From: Octopus vulgaris
Lineage: Eukaryota
DNA: 64,000 nt
NCBI GenBank assembly: GCA_951406725.2
Contig: OX597836.1
Span: forward strand, 48,546,001 to 48,610,000
Reading direction: 5' to 3'
Position 1 is the first letter of the stretch; every line of letters begins with the position of its first letter. Below the pieces are notes generated by a model. The model searched no databases and was not told where the DNA came from. It was given only the letters and a program-made list of their open reading frames with translations. Below are positions 63,275 to 64,000 of the stretch, piece after piece. The translations under genes were made by a program, and so were the position numbers.

Positions 63275-63592
63275 AGGGAGAGTTTACGAAAAATACAAAA
63301 GACGAAGACAGGTGGTGTACAAAACAAACAGTATAACACTAAAGGAATAGAAAAAGTCTTTTACGTTTTGAGCCTATGCTCTTCTACAGAAAGGGACACA
63401 GAAAAAAACAAGGAGAGAAAATATATATATAGGGAGAGTTTACGAAAAAAAACAAAAGACGAAGACAGGTGATGTACAAAACGAACAGATGTATTAGTAT
63501 AACGCTCAGGAATAGAAAAGGTCTTTTATGTTTCGAGCCTACGCTCTTCTACAGAAAAAAATGTGTGTAGTGGCTAACGATCTATCATGGCG
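63275..63592 (-). mobile_element. Tandem dimer of Penelope-like repeat, each unit with a hammerhead-like motif
   Basis: Units begin AGGGAGAGTTTACGAAAAA at 63275 and 63431; motifs at about 63357-63394 and 63522-63558. Confidence 0.7.
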
Positions 63593-64000
63593 ACTGTATG
63601 ATGGATATATATACATATATTTACACAATTAGCTTCTTTCAGTTTCAGTAGAAGTGATTTACCCCAAGTGCTACACAGTGAGACGGAACCTGAAACCAAG
63701 TGATGCGTTAACCAAACATCTTACCACACAGCCATGCCTGTTCCTAATTTGTTTTTTAATCATGGAATTAGAAAGAGAAGAGACAGAAGCAACATTTAAG
63801 TTTGTTAAAATTGATTTTTTGTTAAATATTTTTTTCCTTTTGAATTTTGAAATTTTTATTGTATTTAAATTTTATTTTAAACGATGTTCTAAAATAAAGA
63901 TAAAAAAAAAAAGAAACTGGAGTTCTCCCCCACCCCACCCCTTTACAATTTTCTCCCCTAACCGATTCCCCCCACCCACACCAGAGTAAAGCACTTTGAA

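Noticed and set aside
49300-64000. Second protein-coding gene downstream of TUT4/7
   Set aside because: All ORFs map to SINEs, LINE tails or simple repeats; no convincing exon chain on either strand, though small exons cannot be excluded.

Overview
AT-rich, microsatellite- and SINE-dense animal genomic DNA. The repeat families look like those of octopus (coleoid cephalopod); this is recognition from memory, not a database match. One protein-coding gene dominates the window on the + strand: a TUT4/TUT7 (ZCCHC11/ZCCHC6)-type terminal uridylyltransferase. I assembled it by hand from 26 GT-AG coding exons with consistent phases (ATG 4560 to TAA 47159, about 1490-1520 aa depending on donor choice), plus a probable 5' UTR exon. 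Domain order: polyQ N-terminus, C2H2 zinc finger, catalytically dead NTase/PAP-associated module, acidic linker, CCHC knuckle 1, active NTase (GSS..DLD..D; DPFDINHNLG), CCHC knuckle 2, polyQ/H tail. I found no third knuckle. Introns and the 3' flank hold two piggyBac deletion derivatives, a mariner relic, RTE LINE fragments, many tRNA-derived SINEs and a 34-bp minisatellite. The most unusual signals are two repeat families carrying minimal Penelope-type hammerhead ribozyme motifs. One has a tRNA-like Pol III head and an inverted terminal copy (48921-49289). The other has a consistently non-canonical CUGUNGA core (four copies, one tandem dimer). Almost all ORFs in the supplied track are spurious repeat translations. 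Exon models after the second knuckle are less certain.
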